From NCBI GenBank assembly GCA_043809145.1, contig JAZDED010000034.1:6423-70422 (forward strand): a DNA stretch of 64,000 bases. The letters are read 5' to 3'. This DNA comes from Candidatus Omnitrophota bacterium. GTDB taxonomy: Bacteria; Omnitrophota; Gorgyraeia; Gygaellales; Profunditerraquicolaceae. Below the pieces are notes generated by a model. That model made no database searches. It was not told the origin of the DNA and saw only the letters and a list, made by a program, of their open reading frames with translations. A program made the translations under genes and the position numbers. The stretch's first letter is position 1; the number at the start of each line of letters is the position of its first letter. Positions 9,007 through 18,343 of the stretch are shown in pieces.

Positions 9007-10223
9007 AGATAACTCCGACTCAAACCGTAAGCGAACTCATCGACGCTCTGTCTTTTGCTATCGATTCCGATGGTGTTAAGAATTACTACCATAGCTGGCG
9101 GGTGGCGGTTATCGCAACCGAGATATCCAGGGTTCTCGTTAAGTCCCAACAGCAAAAGATAATCCTTTGCGCCGGATTACTCCATGACGTTGGAGGAGTA
9201 GAATTATCACACCATATCCTGAATTATCTTAAACGTAGAGACAAAAACAGCATTAACCTGCTTTTATCGCATTCCATAATCGGTTCTCAATTAATCTCTA
9301 ACATCCATAGGCTTAATGAAGTAGCTAACCTGGTCCTCTATCACCACGAATGGGTTAATGGCACCGGATACCCCAGCTCAAAAATCGAGAAATACTTACC
9401 CCTGGGCTCGCAGATCCTGCGTATTGCAGACTCTATTGATATACATCTGCGTATCCGCAATTATGTCAAACTAGGACAGCTTAAAAAATGCATGCTTTCT
9501 AACATTAATAAGGAATATTCCGAGAAGGTATTTAATGCAGCCTTTAAGGCGCTGGGGAAAAGCAGTTTTTTTCCAAAAGTACGCAAGCTTGAAAATATAC
9601 CGGGTTTACTCAAGGATACAAAGAATAGGGTGGGTTCCATTGAAATTCCGCATAAGATTGACGCAATCGGCAGGGCATTGGAGGTTGTCGCCCAAATTAT
9701 CGATATGAAACATCCTTATAGCTCCGGGCATTCACTGCGTGTATCGCGTTATGCCCTGGCCTGTTCGCTGGTGCTAAAATTCACTCATGACCAAACAACA
9801 CTGATCCGATGGGCAGGATTAATTCATGACATAGGCAAGATCAGCGTCTCGCGCAGGATTCTGGATAAACCCACTCAGCTTACCCCCCGGGAATTTAAGG
9901 AAATCCGCAAACACGCCAGCTTCACCGCCAACATCATGGAGATGATCCCTTCTTTAAAAGATATCGCGCTTATGGCCAGCAGTCATCACGAATTTTTTGA
10001 CGGTTCAGGATACCCCCTAGGATTAAGAGGAGAACAGATCCCCTTAGGCTCGAGGATCCTGGCGCTCTGTGATGCCTTTGACGCCATGACCTCCAACCGG
10101 CCTTACCGTAACCCCTTAACACCTAAAGCTGCTTGCGCCGAAATCGACCGATACTCGGGCTCTCAGTTCGACCCAGAAATATCTAAATACATCATTCCTT
10201 TATTCAGGCACTTCTGCATATAA
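9003..10223 (+). CDS. Tandem HD-GYP domain protein (putative c-di-GMP phosphodiesterase), no sensor domain.
   Basis: Two complete HD-GYP modules: H..R../LLHDVG/HHEWVNGTGYP and H..R../LIHDIGK/HHEFFDGSGYP. The ATGA overlap with the lpxB stop indicates coupling. Confidence 0.75.
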   Translation: MKITPTQTVSELIDALSFAIDSDGVKNYYHSWRVAVIATEISRVLVKSQQQKIILCAGLLHDVGGVELSHHILNYLKRRDKNSINLLLSHSIIGSQLISNIHRLNEVANLVLYHHEWVNGTGYPSSKIEKYLPLGSQILRIADSIDIHLRIRNYVKLGQLKKCMLSNINKEYSEKVFNAAFKALGKSSFFPKVRKLENIPGLLKDTKNRVGSIEIPHKIDAIGRALEVVAQIIDMKHPYSSGHSLRVSRYALACSLVLKFTHDQTTLIRWAGLIHDIGKISVSRRILDKPTQLTPREFKEIRKHASFTANIMEMIPSLKDIALMASSHHEFFDGSGYPLGLRGEQIPLGSRILALCDAFDAMTSNRPYRNPLTPKAACAEIDRYSGSQFDPEISKYIIPLFRHFCI

Positions 10224-10226
10224 ACG

Positions 10227-10547
10227 CTAATCGAGTATTTTTTTAATCTTTAAAACAACTTTCAAAGCTTCTACTTCTTTGTATAACGCAGTATAATCAG
10301 ATTTTAGTTTCTCGATTTCAGAATACATCTGGGATGTTTGCCGCGAAACATATTCACTGATATTCTCTAGAATTATTAACCCCTCCTTCTTCACCACCTT
10401 CATCCCCTTTGGCACTACTATATTGGTTTGCCCGACCGTAATGTTTTCCATTCCTTCGGGAAGCGCATTTTTAGACTCCTGTGCCAGGGTTTGAAAAACG
10501 AACAGCATAAATGAAATTATTACCAAAGCAAATAGTTTTATCTTCAT
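10227..10547 (-). CDS. Small secreted protein of unknown function.
   Basis: N-terminal signal peptide MKIKLFALVIISFMLFVFQTLAQE, then a C-terminal coiled-coil segment. Confidence 0.35.
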   Translation of the reverse strand: MKIKLFALVIISFMLFVFQTLAQESKNALPEGMENITVGQTNIVVPKGMKVVKKEGLIILENISEYVSRQTSQMYSEIEKLKSDYTALYKEVEALKVVLKIKKILD

Positions 10548-10606
10548 AGCAATCCCCCTTTATTTCAAAATTATTAAATCGTTTTACGGTAATAACGCTC
10601 ATCTAA

Positions 10607-11722
10607 TCACAACGACTTTGCCATATTAATACGTTCGTCAACAGGCGGGTGGTCATAAAAGAAAAACTTTATCCAAGGATGTGGATTACGGTCAGCCAGA
10701 TTCTGTCCGGCCAGCTTATTCATCCCGGAGATAAATTCATCCCTAAACCCAGTACTTTGAATAGCTAATAGGTCTGCCTCCCGTTCAAAAACGCGGCTTA
10801 TAAAGTTTCCCAGGGGCTGCATAAAGACGCCGAAAAGGGTAAAATATATAAAAAGAAGCGGTATTCCTGAAATATCCTGCAGGGAAGCCAGATTATAAAA
10901 ACTAAAAAACCAAAATGATGTGCGGTAAATTAAATAAAAACAGACAATAGCCGTGCAAGAATTTATAACTATCAACTTTAATAAATGCCCCCGTAGATAA
11001 TGAGCAAATTCATGAGCCACGATAACCTCAACCTCGTAGTCAGAAAATTTTTCTTTCAGGGTGTCCGCCAATAAAACTTTTTGGCTGCTGCCCAAGCCGA
11101 CAAACGCAGCATTGGCTTTGTATGTTTTTTTGCTGAAGTCTATTTCAAAAACATCTACTATTTTTACACCCATCTTTGCGGCAAGTTTGACAATCCTTTC
11201 TCTCAAAACCCCATGTTCAAGCTTAGAACATTTGAAAAATAAAGGAATAATCACCTGCGGAGCTATCCTGGCCATCAATAAATTAAGCAGTATCCAGAAA
11301 AATGAAACAATCAGCCACCAGTAAACAGGAGTCAAGCGCAGGAAATAATAAAATACTTCCAGAGAAATACCCGCTACTAAATACATGATAAAGAGGGACT
11401 TGAGCTGATCTTTTAGCCAGGCAGAAAGCTTCTGCCCGGATAAGCCAAACCTGCGTTCGCGGATAAAAGAATGATAAAGAAAAAGCGGAAAACCAACGAG
11501 ATAATAAATAATGGTTAACCAGAAAAGATATATTAAAAGAGACAGGCTGTTATGGAAAGTAATGGAAGTTGAGAACTTCGCTAGTCTAGCCGAAAAACCC
11601 AGGCCTTGGAACAAAAGTAAAAAAACCAACAAATAAACTAATTCGGCTAAACTTAGAATATACCCCTGAATGGAGTAATCCTTGGATCTGCGGGCGATAT
11701 CCTTTTGAGGAATATCGGGCAT
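10607..11722 (-). CDS. M48 family zinc metalloprotease (Ste24/HtpX-like), polytopic membrane protein.
   Basis: HEFAHY zinc motif (VAHEFAHYLRGH) and a hydrophobic N-terminal half. Confidence 0.75.
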   Translation of the reverse strand: MPDIPQKDIARRSKDYSIQGYILSLAELVYLLVFLLLFQGLGFSARLAKFSTSITFHNSLSLLIYLFWLTIIYYLVGFPLFLYHSFIRERRFGLSGQKLSAWLKDQLKSLFIMYLVAGISLEVFYYFLRLTPVYWWLIVSFFWILLNLLMARIAPQVIIPLFFKCSKLEHGVLRERIVKLAAKMGVKIVDVFEIDFSKKTYKANAAFVGLGSSQKVLLADTLKEKFSDYEVEVIVAHEFAHYLRGHLLKLIVINSCTAIVCFYLIYRTSFWFFSFYNLASLQDISGIPLLFIYFTLFGVFMQPLGNFISRVFEREADLLAIQSTGFRDEFISGMNKLAGQNLADRNPHPWIKFFFYDHPPVDERINMAKSL

Positions 11723-11727
11723 AAAAT

Positions 11728-11958
11728 TTATGCGGGCAATACGTTAATAAATGTCCTGGGCCGGCCTCTGGTTGTCTTCTTGCGGATAAAAGCCACCTTG
11801 CCGTCACAGACTGCATATAAAGTAGCTCTTCCAGTCACGTTTCTTCCGGCCTTAAAGAATTCCAGGCCGCGGGCTAAAATCTGGCCCTTCCTGACTAACT
11901 GACCGCCGGTAATTTTAAGCGCAGTATCTTTCTTTGGTGTAGATTTTCCACCTGCCAT
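11728..11958 (-). CDS. rpmA: 50S ribosomal protein L27.
   Basis: 76 aa. The GGQ...RQRG-type core is conserved with L27 (TGGQLVRKG...FKAGRNVTG...DGKVAF). Confidence 0.8.
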   Translation of the reverse strand: MAGGKSTPKKDTALKITGGQLVRKGQILARGLEFFKAGRNVTGRATLYAVCDGKVAFIRKKTTRGRPRTFINVLPA

Positions 11959-11997
11959 ATTACTACCCTCCTAAATTTGCCTAGTTTTCTTGTATCC

Positions 11998-12042
11998 AAA
12001 TTTACTCCGATAGCGATAATTCAATACTTGACTATCGGAGTT
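11998..12042. repeat. About 45-nt palindromic element (ACTCCGATAGC...GCTATCGGAGT), copy 1 of 3.
   Basis: Read directly: a perfect 10-bp inverted repeat. It shares its flanks (AATTTACTCCGA.AGC ... ATACT.G.CTATCGGAGTT) with the copies at 30640-30682 and 30710-30753. Confidence 0.7.
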
Positions 12043-12086
12043 GGTTGTAAAAAAATATTTTAGTCAATGATATTAACACACATCCT

Positions 12087-13481
12087 TTAATTAAGCAAGA
12101 GTTCTTCCTCTTTGGAAGGAATGTAAACATTAAATCCTTCCTGGATCAAAGTATCATAAAGGGCCTGAATCTGCACTATATCTCCATGTACCAGAAAAGT
12201 TCGCCTGCGTGGATTAACCTTCTTAACAAAATCCACAAGCTCGTCCTTATCGGCATGCCCGGAGAACGCGTTGATAATGACTACCTCGGCGTTTAACTGA
12301 TACTCCACTCCAAATATGCGCACAAAAGGTACCCTATTAACTATCTTCTTACCTAAAGTATTCTCAGCCATATAACCAACCACCAAAATCGTATTGCGCG
12401 AATCCGAGATATTATTCTGCAAGTGATGCACTATTCTGCCGGATTCACACATGCCGCATCCGGCAATAATAATCATCGGGCGCTTGTCGTGATTTAGGGC
12501 TTTGGATTCTTTCTGGTCCCGTATATAGGTTAAATTCAACAGCTCAAATGGACTTTGGCCATTCTTAATCTCTTGCTGTATCCGAGGATTAAAATAAGAA
12601 AGATTATATTTAAAAACATCCGTGATATTCGTAGCCAGCGGACTATCCAGATAAACCGGGACAAAAGGAATAGCCTTCTCCCGGAACAATTCGCTCAAAA
12701 AATAAAGAACCTCCTGGGTTCTCTCTAAAGTAAACGCCGGAATAAGCACCTTACCGTTACGATTAACCGTGCGGATAATCGCATCTTTTAATTTAGCCTT
12801 ACCCTCATCTACCGGAATATGGAATCTCCCTCCGTAAGTACTCTCTATTACAAGATAGTCCAGGCCTTCGGGAATAACCGGATTGTTCAATAAAGCAAGG
12901 TCCTTTCTTCCCAAATCCACTGCAAATCCGATACGCAGGTTCTCTTCGCCTTCCCTAATATCCATAACCACCACTGCTGAACCCAGGATATGTCCGGCGT
13001 CCATAAGCGTTACAAAAACATTGTTGGCCACGCAAAACTTCTCCCCATAGGTAAGAGAATAAAATCTTTTCCCAGCCAACCCAGCCTCCTTGCGGGTATA
13101 AAGCGGTTTTCTGGGAGGGAACCCAAGCCTGCGATTTATCTTATTCACGTATTTTACATCTTCTTCATGTATTTTCCCGGAATCCTCCAGCATAAGCTTG
13201 GCTAAGTCTTTTGTCGCTGAAGTAGTATAGATTTTACAACGCATACCGCCCTTGAGTAATACCGGTATATTCCCGCAGTGATCAATATGGGCATGGGAAA
13301 GAATCATGGCGTTAAGTTTTCTGGGGTTAAAATTAAGCGCGGTATTTTGCCGATAGAATTCATCGCGCCGGCCCTGAAAAAGCCCAGCGTCAAATAATAC
13401 ATTCGACTTATCGGTAGAAACAAGGTGGCTGGTACCGGTAACTGTCTTTACTCCTCCTAAAAATTTTATTCTCACAACCAT
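12087..13481 (-). CDS. MBL-fold metallo-hydrolase of the beta-CASP / RNA-metabolising family.
   Basis: HAHIDHCG motif (metallo-beta-lactamase motif 2) and beta-CASP-like central region. 464 aa. Confidence 0.7.
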   Translation of the reverse strand: MVVRIKFLGGVKTVTGTSHLVSTDKSNVLFDAGLFQGRRDEFYRQNTALNFNPRKLNAMILSHAHIDHCGNIPVLLKGGMRCKIYTTSATKDLAKLMLEDSGKIHEEDVKYVNKINRRLGFPPRKPLYTRKEAGLAGKRFYSLTYGEKFCVANNVFVTLMDAGHILGSAVVVMDIREGEENLRIGFAVDLGRKDLALLNNPVIPEGLDYLVIESTYGGRFHIPVDEGKAKLKDAIIRTVNRNGKVLIPAFTLERTQEVLYFLSELFREKAIPFVPVYLDSPLATNITDVFKYNLSYFNPRIQQEIKNGQSPFELLNLTYIRDQKESKALNHDKRPMIIIAGCGMCESGRIVHHLQNNISDSRNTILVVGYMAENTLGKKIVNRVPFVRIFGVEYQLNAEVVIINAFSGHADKDELVDFVKKVNPRRRTFLVHGDIVQIQALYDTLIQEGFNVYIPSKEEELLLN

Positions 13482-13485
13482 AGTA

Positions 13486-14163
13486 TTATTCCTTAAACCC
13501 GAACTTCAACACTACAGGTATTATTAACAGAATATACAAGAAACTCCACAAAAATATTGACGGATGGCGGATAAAATATTCAGACAATAATCTATAATTA
13601 AATACCCCTTCCCCCACTCCATAGAGCACAATCTGCACCCACAAAATCCTTAAAGGAGAACCCGAGATAACTGCAAACAAATATTTACGAAAATGTATCC
13701 CCGTTAATCCTGCAGCAAGGTCTAAAAATCTAAAAGGCACCAAAGGCGCTGCGCGCAACAATAATAACCAAAAGAAATTTGATTTTGCTATTCTTTCATC
13801 CAATCCCTTGAATCTACCCTTAGCCTTTTGCTCAACGAAGCCCCTTCCTAAATAGCGGGCAAAATAAAAGAGGACACAGGCATTTATTATCTCTGCAATA
13901 AATATATAAAAACTGCTCCACCAAGGGCCAAAGATAAAAACCCCGGCTATCTTCATCAAGTCTTTAGCCAGCCAGAGAAAGAATGAAGTAAAACAATAGA
14001 AGAGGACAAAAAAGAAACCCTGGAAAAATAATGGTATCTCGGAGAAAAAATACATCAGGCCCCCGGTGCTTAGATGCAAATATGTACCCAAGCGCCATAC
14101 CAACAACAAAAATAATAAAAAAATAATAAATTTAATTAACCTCTTGTTCTGCGGGTAGGCCAT
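13486..14163 (-). CDS. DedA/TVP38-like integral membrane protein.
   Basis: 225 aa, several TM helices. LLRAAPLVPF/RFLDLAAGLTG resembles SNARE-associated/DedA family motifs. Confidence 0.45.
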   Translation of the reverse strand: MAYPQNKRLIKFIIFLLFLLLVWRLGTYLHLSTGGLMYFFSEIPLFFQGFFFVLFYCFTSFFLWLAKDLMKIAGVFIFGPWWSSFYIFIAEIINACVLFYFARYLGRGFVEQKAKGRFKGLDERIAKSNFFWLLLLRAAPLVPFRFLDLAAGLTGIHFRKYLFAVISGSPLRILWVQIVLYGVGEGVFNYRLLSEYFIRHPSIFLWSFLYILLIIPVVLKFGFKE

Positions 14164-15687
14164 TTAAGTTACAAAGAGGTTGCGGGAAGAAAATTTTCCG
14201 TCAGTAGTTAAATTCACTCCCAAACGCTTCAAGCCCACCTCATCTCCTGGAGTTGGAATATGAGTCATATGCACCTCGCAGCCCCTTAACTCCACAAGCT
14301 TATTCATCGCCAATTCTGCCGTATGGTTAGTGGCTGCGCTTATCGAAAGGGCAATAAGCGTCTCCTCTAAATCCAGGCTTTCGGAATCCGCGCTTAAGAT
14401 ACCCTCTTTGAGTTTTGCTATCTGATTGATGATATGGGGAGATAAAAGCAGTATCTCGTCTGGAATCTTAGCTAAAATTTTAATCGCATTCAGGACTAAA
14501 CTCGAGGCAGCGTGCATAAGCATGGAATTCTTTCCGGTTACAATCCGGCCGTCGTTTAACTGTATTGCCGCGCCGCAGCAAATGCCCTCATTCCCCTTGC
14601 CTTCTGCTTCTGCCTCTTCAGCTGTTTTACGAGCTACTTCTACTACAACCCGGTCAATTAGCTTAATGCCCAACTCTTCCATTAAAAGAACTATCTTGTC
14701 TACCGTCACTTTCTTTTCTATGCCTAAGGCATATTCGGTATTATAGCGAAAGTACCTGCGAATAATCTCCTGGCGCGCTGCCTCCTGGACTGCCAAGTCG
14801 TCCACAATCCCGAATCCCGCACGATTCACGCCCATATCCGTAGGAGAATTATAAACCGGCAGATTTATTTTTTTCTGGAATATCTTATTAAGGATTAATT
14901 TTAATATCGGAAAACTCTCCACATCCCGATTGTAATTTATAGCCATCTCTTTGTACTTTTCAAGATGAAACGGGTCAACTAGGTTAAAATCCAGTATATC
15001 AGCAGTGGCAGCTTCATAAGCTATATTTACCGGATGTCTAAGAGGGAGATTCCAAATAGGGAAGGTTTCAAACTTAGCATACCCGGCATTTATGCCCTTC
15101 TCATGTTCCTGGTATAATTGCGATAGACACGTTGCCAATTTGCCGCTGTTTGGTCCAGGGCCGGTTATAACCACAATCGAATGCTTAGTCTCAATATAAT
15201 CATTTTTACCGAAACCCTGGGGGCTGACTACATAATCTACATTTGTAGGATAACCTTCTATAGGATAGTGCAGATAAACCTTAACACCCCTGCGTTCCAG
15301 TTTATTTTTAAATACCTCTGCAGTGTGCTGTTTATTAAACCGCGTAATCACTACTGACGAAATATCCAGACTCCATTTTCTCAAATCATCTATAAGCTTG
15401 AAAGTCGCGGCATCATAGGTTATCCCGAAATCTCCGCGCACCCTCCCCCTCTCAATGTCTGCGGCATAAATGCAGAGCACTATATCTAGTTTGTCTTTTA
15501 ATTGCTGAAGAAGCCTGATTTTAACATTAGGGTTATAACCCGGCAATACACGCGCGGCATGATAATCAAAACATAGCTTTCCTCCGAATTCCAGGTAGAG
15601 CTTGTTGTCAAACTTCCCTACCCGATCCAGTATGTAGGTCGTCTGCTCCTGAAGATACTTATTATTATCAAAACCGCTTCTTTTCAT
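14164..15687 (-). CDS. UPF0371/DUF1846 family protein.
   Basis: About 507 aa; N-terminal GFDNNKYLQEQ matches the UPF0371 family consensus as I recall it. Confidence 0.5.
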   Translation of the reverse strand: MKRSGFDNNKYLQEQTTYILDRVGKFDNKLYLEFGGKLCFDYHAARVLPGYNPNVKIRLLQQLKDKLDIVLCIYAADIERGRVRGDFGITYDAATFKLIDDLRKWSLDISSVVITRFNKQHTAEVFKNKLERRGVKVYLHYPIEGYPTNVDYVVSPQGFGKNDYIETKHSIVVITGPGPNSGKLATCLSQLYQEHEKGINAGYAKFETFPIWNLPLRHPVNIAYEAATADILDFNLVDPFHLEKYKEMAINYNRDVESFPILKLILNKIFQKKINLPVYNSPTDMGVNRAGFGIVDDLAVQEAARQEIIRRYFRYNTEYALGIEKKVTVDKIVLLMEELGIKLIDRVVVEVARKTAEEAEAEGKGNEGICCGAAIQLNDGRIVTGKNSMLMHAASSLVLNAIKILAKIPDEILLLSPHIINQIAKLKEGILSADSESLDLEETLIALSISAATNHTAELAMNKLVELRGCEVHMTHIPTPGDEVGLKRLGVNLTTDGKFSSRNLFVT

Positions 15688-15749
15688 AGTTATATTCTAC
15701 AATAAAATATGTATTTTTGAAATATTTTTATTGCCTTCTAAACCGGGGA

Positions 15750-16160
15750 TTATATTTGGTGGGCCAACCAGCGCGTCTTATCGTTATGCTGCAGCTGTTT
15801 GGCTGACAATAATTTGGGGCTAAAAAACGACATGCTGGCCGTCATAGAGAATCCAATCATAACTAAAGATCCTCTTTTGCGCCTTAAATTCATCAAAAAC
15901 TTCTGTTCCGGCTCCCCAACAACTACCTGCCGCGCGTACTTAAGCGCCTCTTCAAGCAAATGGCTGGCATGCACTCCTTGGATAATGACTTTCTCTTTGG
16001 GAAACTTAGCGGCTATATTATATCCTCATTGTAAATTTCAACCTCATGCCCCTGATTACGCAGTATAGTCCCCAAATACAAAGGGCCCAAAAGGGGCATC
16101 TGTAATCTACTATAAATATTGGCCACCGAAGACGTGGGCTCAATCAGAACTACCTTCATG
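15750..16160 (-). pseudogene. Degraded B12-binding-domain (radical-SAM N-terminal type) gene remnant with a frameshift, an internal deletion and truncation.
   Basis: Minus frame A gives MKVVLIEPTSSVANIYSRLQMPLLGPLYLGTILRNQGHEVEIYNEDII* (16160 to 16013). Frame B gives ...IAAKFPKEKVIIQGVHASHLLEEALKYARQVVVGEPEQKFLMNL... (16025 to 15750). Together they resemble a cobalamin-binding domain but lack the downstream radical-SAM core. The frames switch in a TATATTATAT run. Confidence 0.45.
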
Positions 16161-16168
16161 TCTTGAAA

Positions 16169-16375
16169 TTAATTAGAAATCAGGCGGATATTTACTGCCC
16201 GCGGGCCTTTGGGGGATGTTTCAACTTCAAACTCTACTTCCTGGCCTTCTTTCAAACCATCAAAACCTGTCTCCAGCAGACTGGACTGGTGGAAAAACAA
16301 TTCTCTGCCGTCACTGTCGCTGATAAAACCAAAACCTCTGTCTCTGACTACCTTCTTTATCTTTCCTTTATGCAT
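16169..16375 (-). CDS. cspA: Cold-shock protein (CspA family).
   Basis: KGKIKKVVRDRGFGFISDSDGRELFFHQSSL..., RNP motifs, 68 aa. Confidence 0.9.
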   Translation of the reverse strand: MHKGKIKKVVRDRGFGFISDSDGRELFFHQSSLLETGFDGLKEGQEVEFEVETSPKGPRAVNIRLISN

Positions 16376-16519
16376 GAGCTTAATCTCCTTGTTAGATTAT
16401 TAAATCCGGCCATTCAATAAACCGGACTTTGGTGAAATAAAACTGCTTGCGTTATATAATCTTGTAGTGCTATTCTTTAGCATCTGCCTCCTTTGTTTGA
16501 GATTTTGCCAAATAAAGGT

Positions 16520-16562
16520 AAAAACAAAAAAACCGGAAGGCTAGTTATCGTCTGCCTTCCGG
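16520..16562 (-). terminator. Intrinsic terminator downstream of the carA/carB-N operon.
   Basis: Stem CCGGAAGGC/GCCTTCCGG followed on the minus strand by TTTTTTTGTTTTT. Confidence 0.6.
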
Positions 16563-16643
16563 CCCTAAGATTTCTAATCCTTTATTTACTGCCTGATAAT
16601 AGTTATAGCTTATTTAACCGGGTTGTCAAGTTATATATTCAAA

Positions 16644-18305
16644 CTATGCGTCGTAAGTAGAATAAAAATAGGGGGTATATGCCTGAAATTCCGCAGCGCA
16701 GGTATCTACAAGTTTGAAATCGGGCTTAAGGTTAAAAGATTTGCGTATGGCGTAAATCTCTTCTTCGTCTTTTCGGGTAAGTTTGGCTAATTGCCGGTCA
16801 CTGAAGCCAAATTCTTTAGACTTACGCATCAACTGAACAGAAAATTCACCACGGCAATCGGCGATTTCTTTTTCTAAATCCACAATCTCTTTTAGGTTAT
16901 GCAAAAAGAAGCGGTCTATTTTAGTTAAAGAATATATTTCTTCTACGCCTATCCCGGCCCTCAAGGCATCACCAAGATAGAATATACGTTCGGCATTGGC
17001 AAAGCTTAACTTCTCATATATATACTCCAGGGTATTCCCGTCTGATTTAGATTCCAGAATATCCTTAAAGAGTATACTTTCCAAACCGTATTTTTTAGTC
17101 TCCAGGGAACGCAACCCCTTTTGCAAAGCTTCTTTAAAAGTCCTGCCGATAGCCATTGCCTCGCCAACAGACTTCATGGAAACGGTAAGTGTCGCATCTG
17201 CCTGGGGAAATTTCTCAAAGGTAAAGCGGGGTATTTTTACCACGCAATAATCAATCGCCGGTTCAAAGCAAGCCGGAGTCACCTTGGTTATATCATTTGC
17301 TATCTCATCCAGAGTGTAACCTACGGCTAACTTGGTGGCGATCTTGGCAATAGGAAAGCCGGTCGCTTTAGACGCCAAAGCAGAGCTGCGGGAAACCCGG
17401 GGATTCATTTCAATGATTACCATCCGCCCGGTCTCCGGATTAACGGCAAATTGTATATTCGAACCGCCTGTTTCTACGCCGATCTCCCGGATACAGGCAA
17501 TTGCCGCATCGCGCATCTTCTGGTATTCCCTATCGGTCAAAGTCTGGATAGGAGCAACTGTTATGCTATCTCCGGTATGAACACCCATAGGATCAACATT
17601 TTCAATTGAACATATAATCACTACATTATCCTTTAAATCCCGCATCACCTCCAGCTCAAATTCCTTCCAACCCGCTACCGATTCCTCAATCAATACCTCG
17701 CTGATCATGCTGGATTCCAAGCCGCGCTTAGCCAGGAGTTTAAACTCTTGGATATTATAAGATATACTACCTCCGGTACCGCCTAAAGTAAAACTCGGCC
17801 GTATGATCAGAGGAAAACCTATCCTTTCGGCAACCGCCAGGGCCTTTTTTAAGTTATGAGCCTTATCGCTTTTAGGCAGGTCTAATCCGATTTTCTGCAT
17901 GGATTTCTTAAATAGAATCCTGTCTTCGCCTTTCTTAATAGCTTTAATATTCGCGCCGATAGTCTCGACTTTATATTTTCTTAAGATGCCGGCCTTATCC
18001 AAACCTACTGCCGTATTTAGAGCTGTCTGCCCTCCCAAAGTCGGCAATAAAGCGTCCGGCCTTTCTTTGGCGATAATTTTACCTATCAAATCAACGGTAA
18101 TAGGCTCAATATATGTCCTATCCGCAAGTTGCGGGTCAGTCATAATAGTAGCGGGATTGGAGTTAACCAAAACCACCTTATAACCTTCCTGTTTCAGAAC
18201 CTTGCAGGCCTGAGTTCCGGAATAATCAAATTCACAGGCCTGGCCAATAACAATCGGCCCTGAACCAATGATTAAGATTTTTTTGATATCAGTACGTTTA
18301 GGCAT
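16644..18305 (-). CDS. carB: Carbamoyl-phosphate synthase large subunit, N-terminal half only (split carB).
   Basis: [35 protein letters not shown] and the first ATP-grasp plus oligomerisation region. It stops after ...FYSTYDA (553 aa); the second ATP-grasp/MGS half is absent from the window. Confidence 0.8.
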   Translation of the reverse strand: MPKRTDIKKILIIGSGPIVIGQACEFDYSGTQACKVLKQEGYKVVLVNSNPATIMTDPQLADRTYIEPITVDLIGKIIAKERPDALLPTLGGQTALNTAVGLDKAGILRKYKVETIGANIKAIKKGEDRILFKKSMQKIGLDLPKSDKAHNLKKALAVAERIGFPLIIRPSFTLGGTGGSISYNIQEFKLLAKRGLESSMISEVLIEESVAGWKEFELEVMRDLKDNVVIICSIENVDPMGVHTGDSITVAPIQTLTDREYQKMRDAAIACIREIGVETGGSNIQFAVNPETGRMVIIEMNPRVSRSSALASKATGFPIAKIATKLAVGYTLDEIANDITKVTPACFEPAIDYCVVKIPRFTFEKFPQADATLTVSMKSVGEAMAIGRTFKEALQKGLRSLETKKYGLESILFKDILESKSDGNTLEYIYEKLSFANAERIFYLGDALRAGIGVEEIYSLTKIDRFFLHNLKEIVDLEKEIADCRGEFSVQLMRKSKEFGFSDRQLAKLTRKDEEEIYAIRKSFNLKPDFKLVDTCAAEFQAYTPYFYSTYDA

Positions 18306-18343
18306 GTTTTTAGTTTTTTAGCTATCAGTTATCAGTTGCTTAT

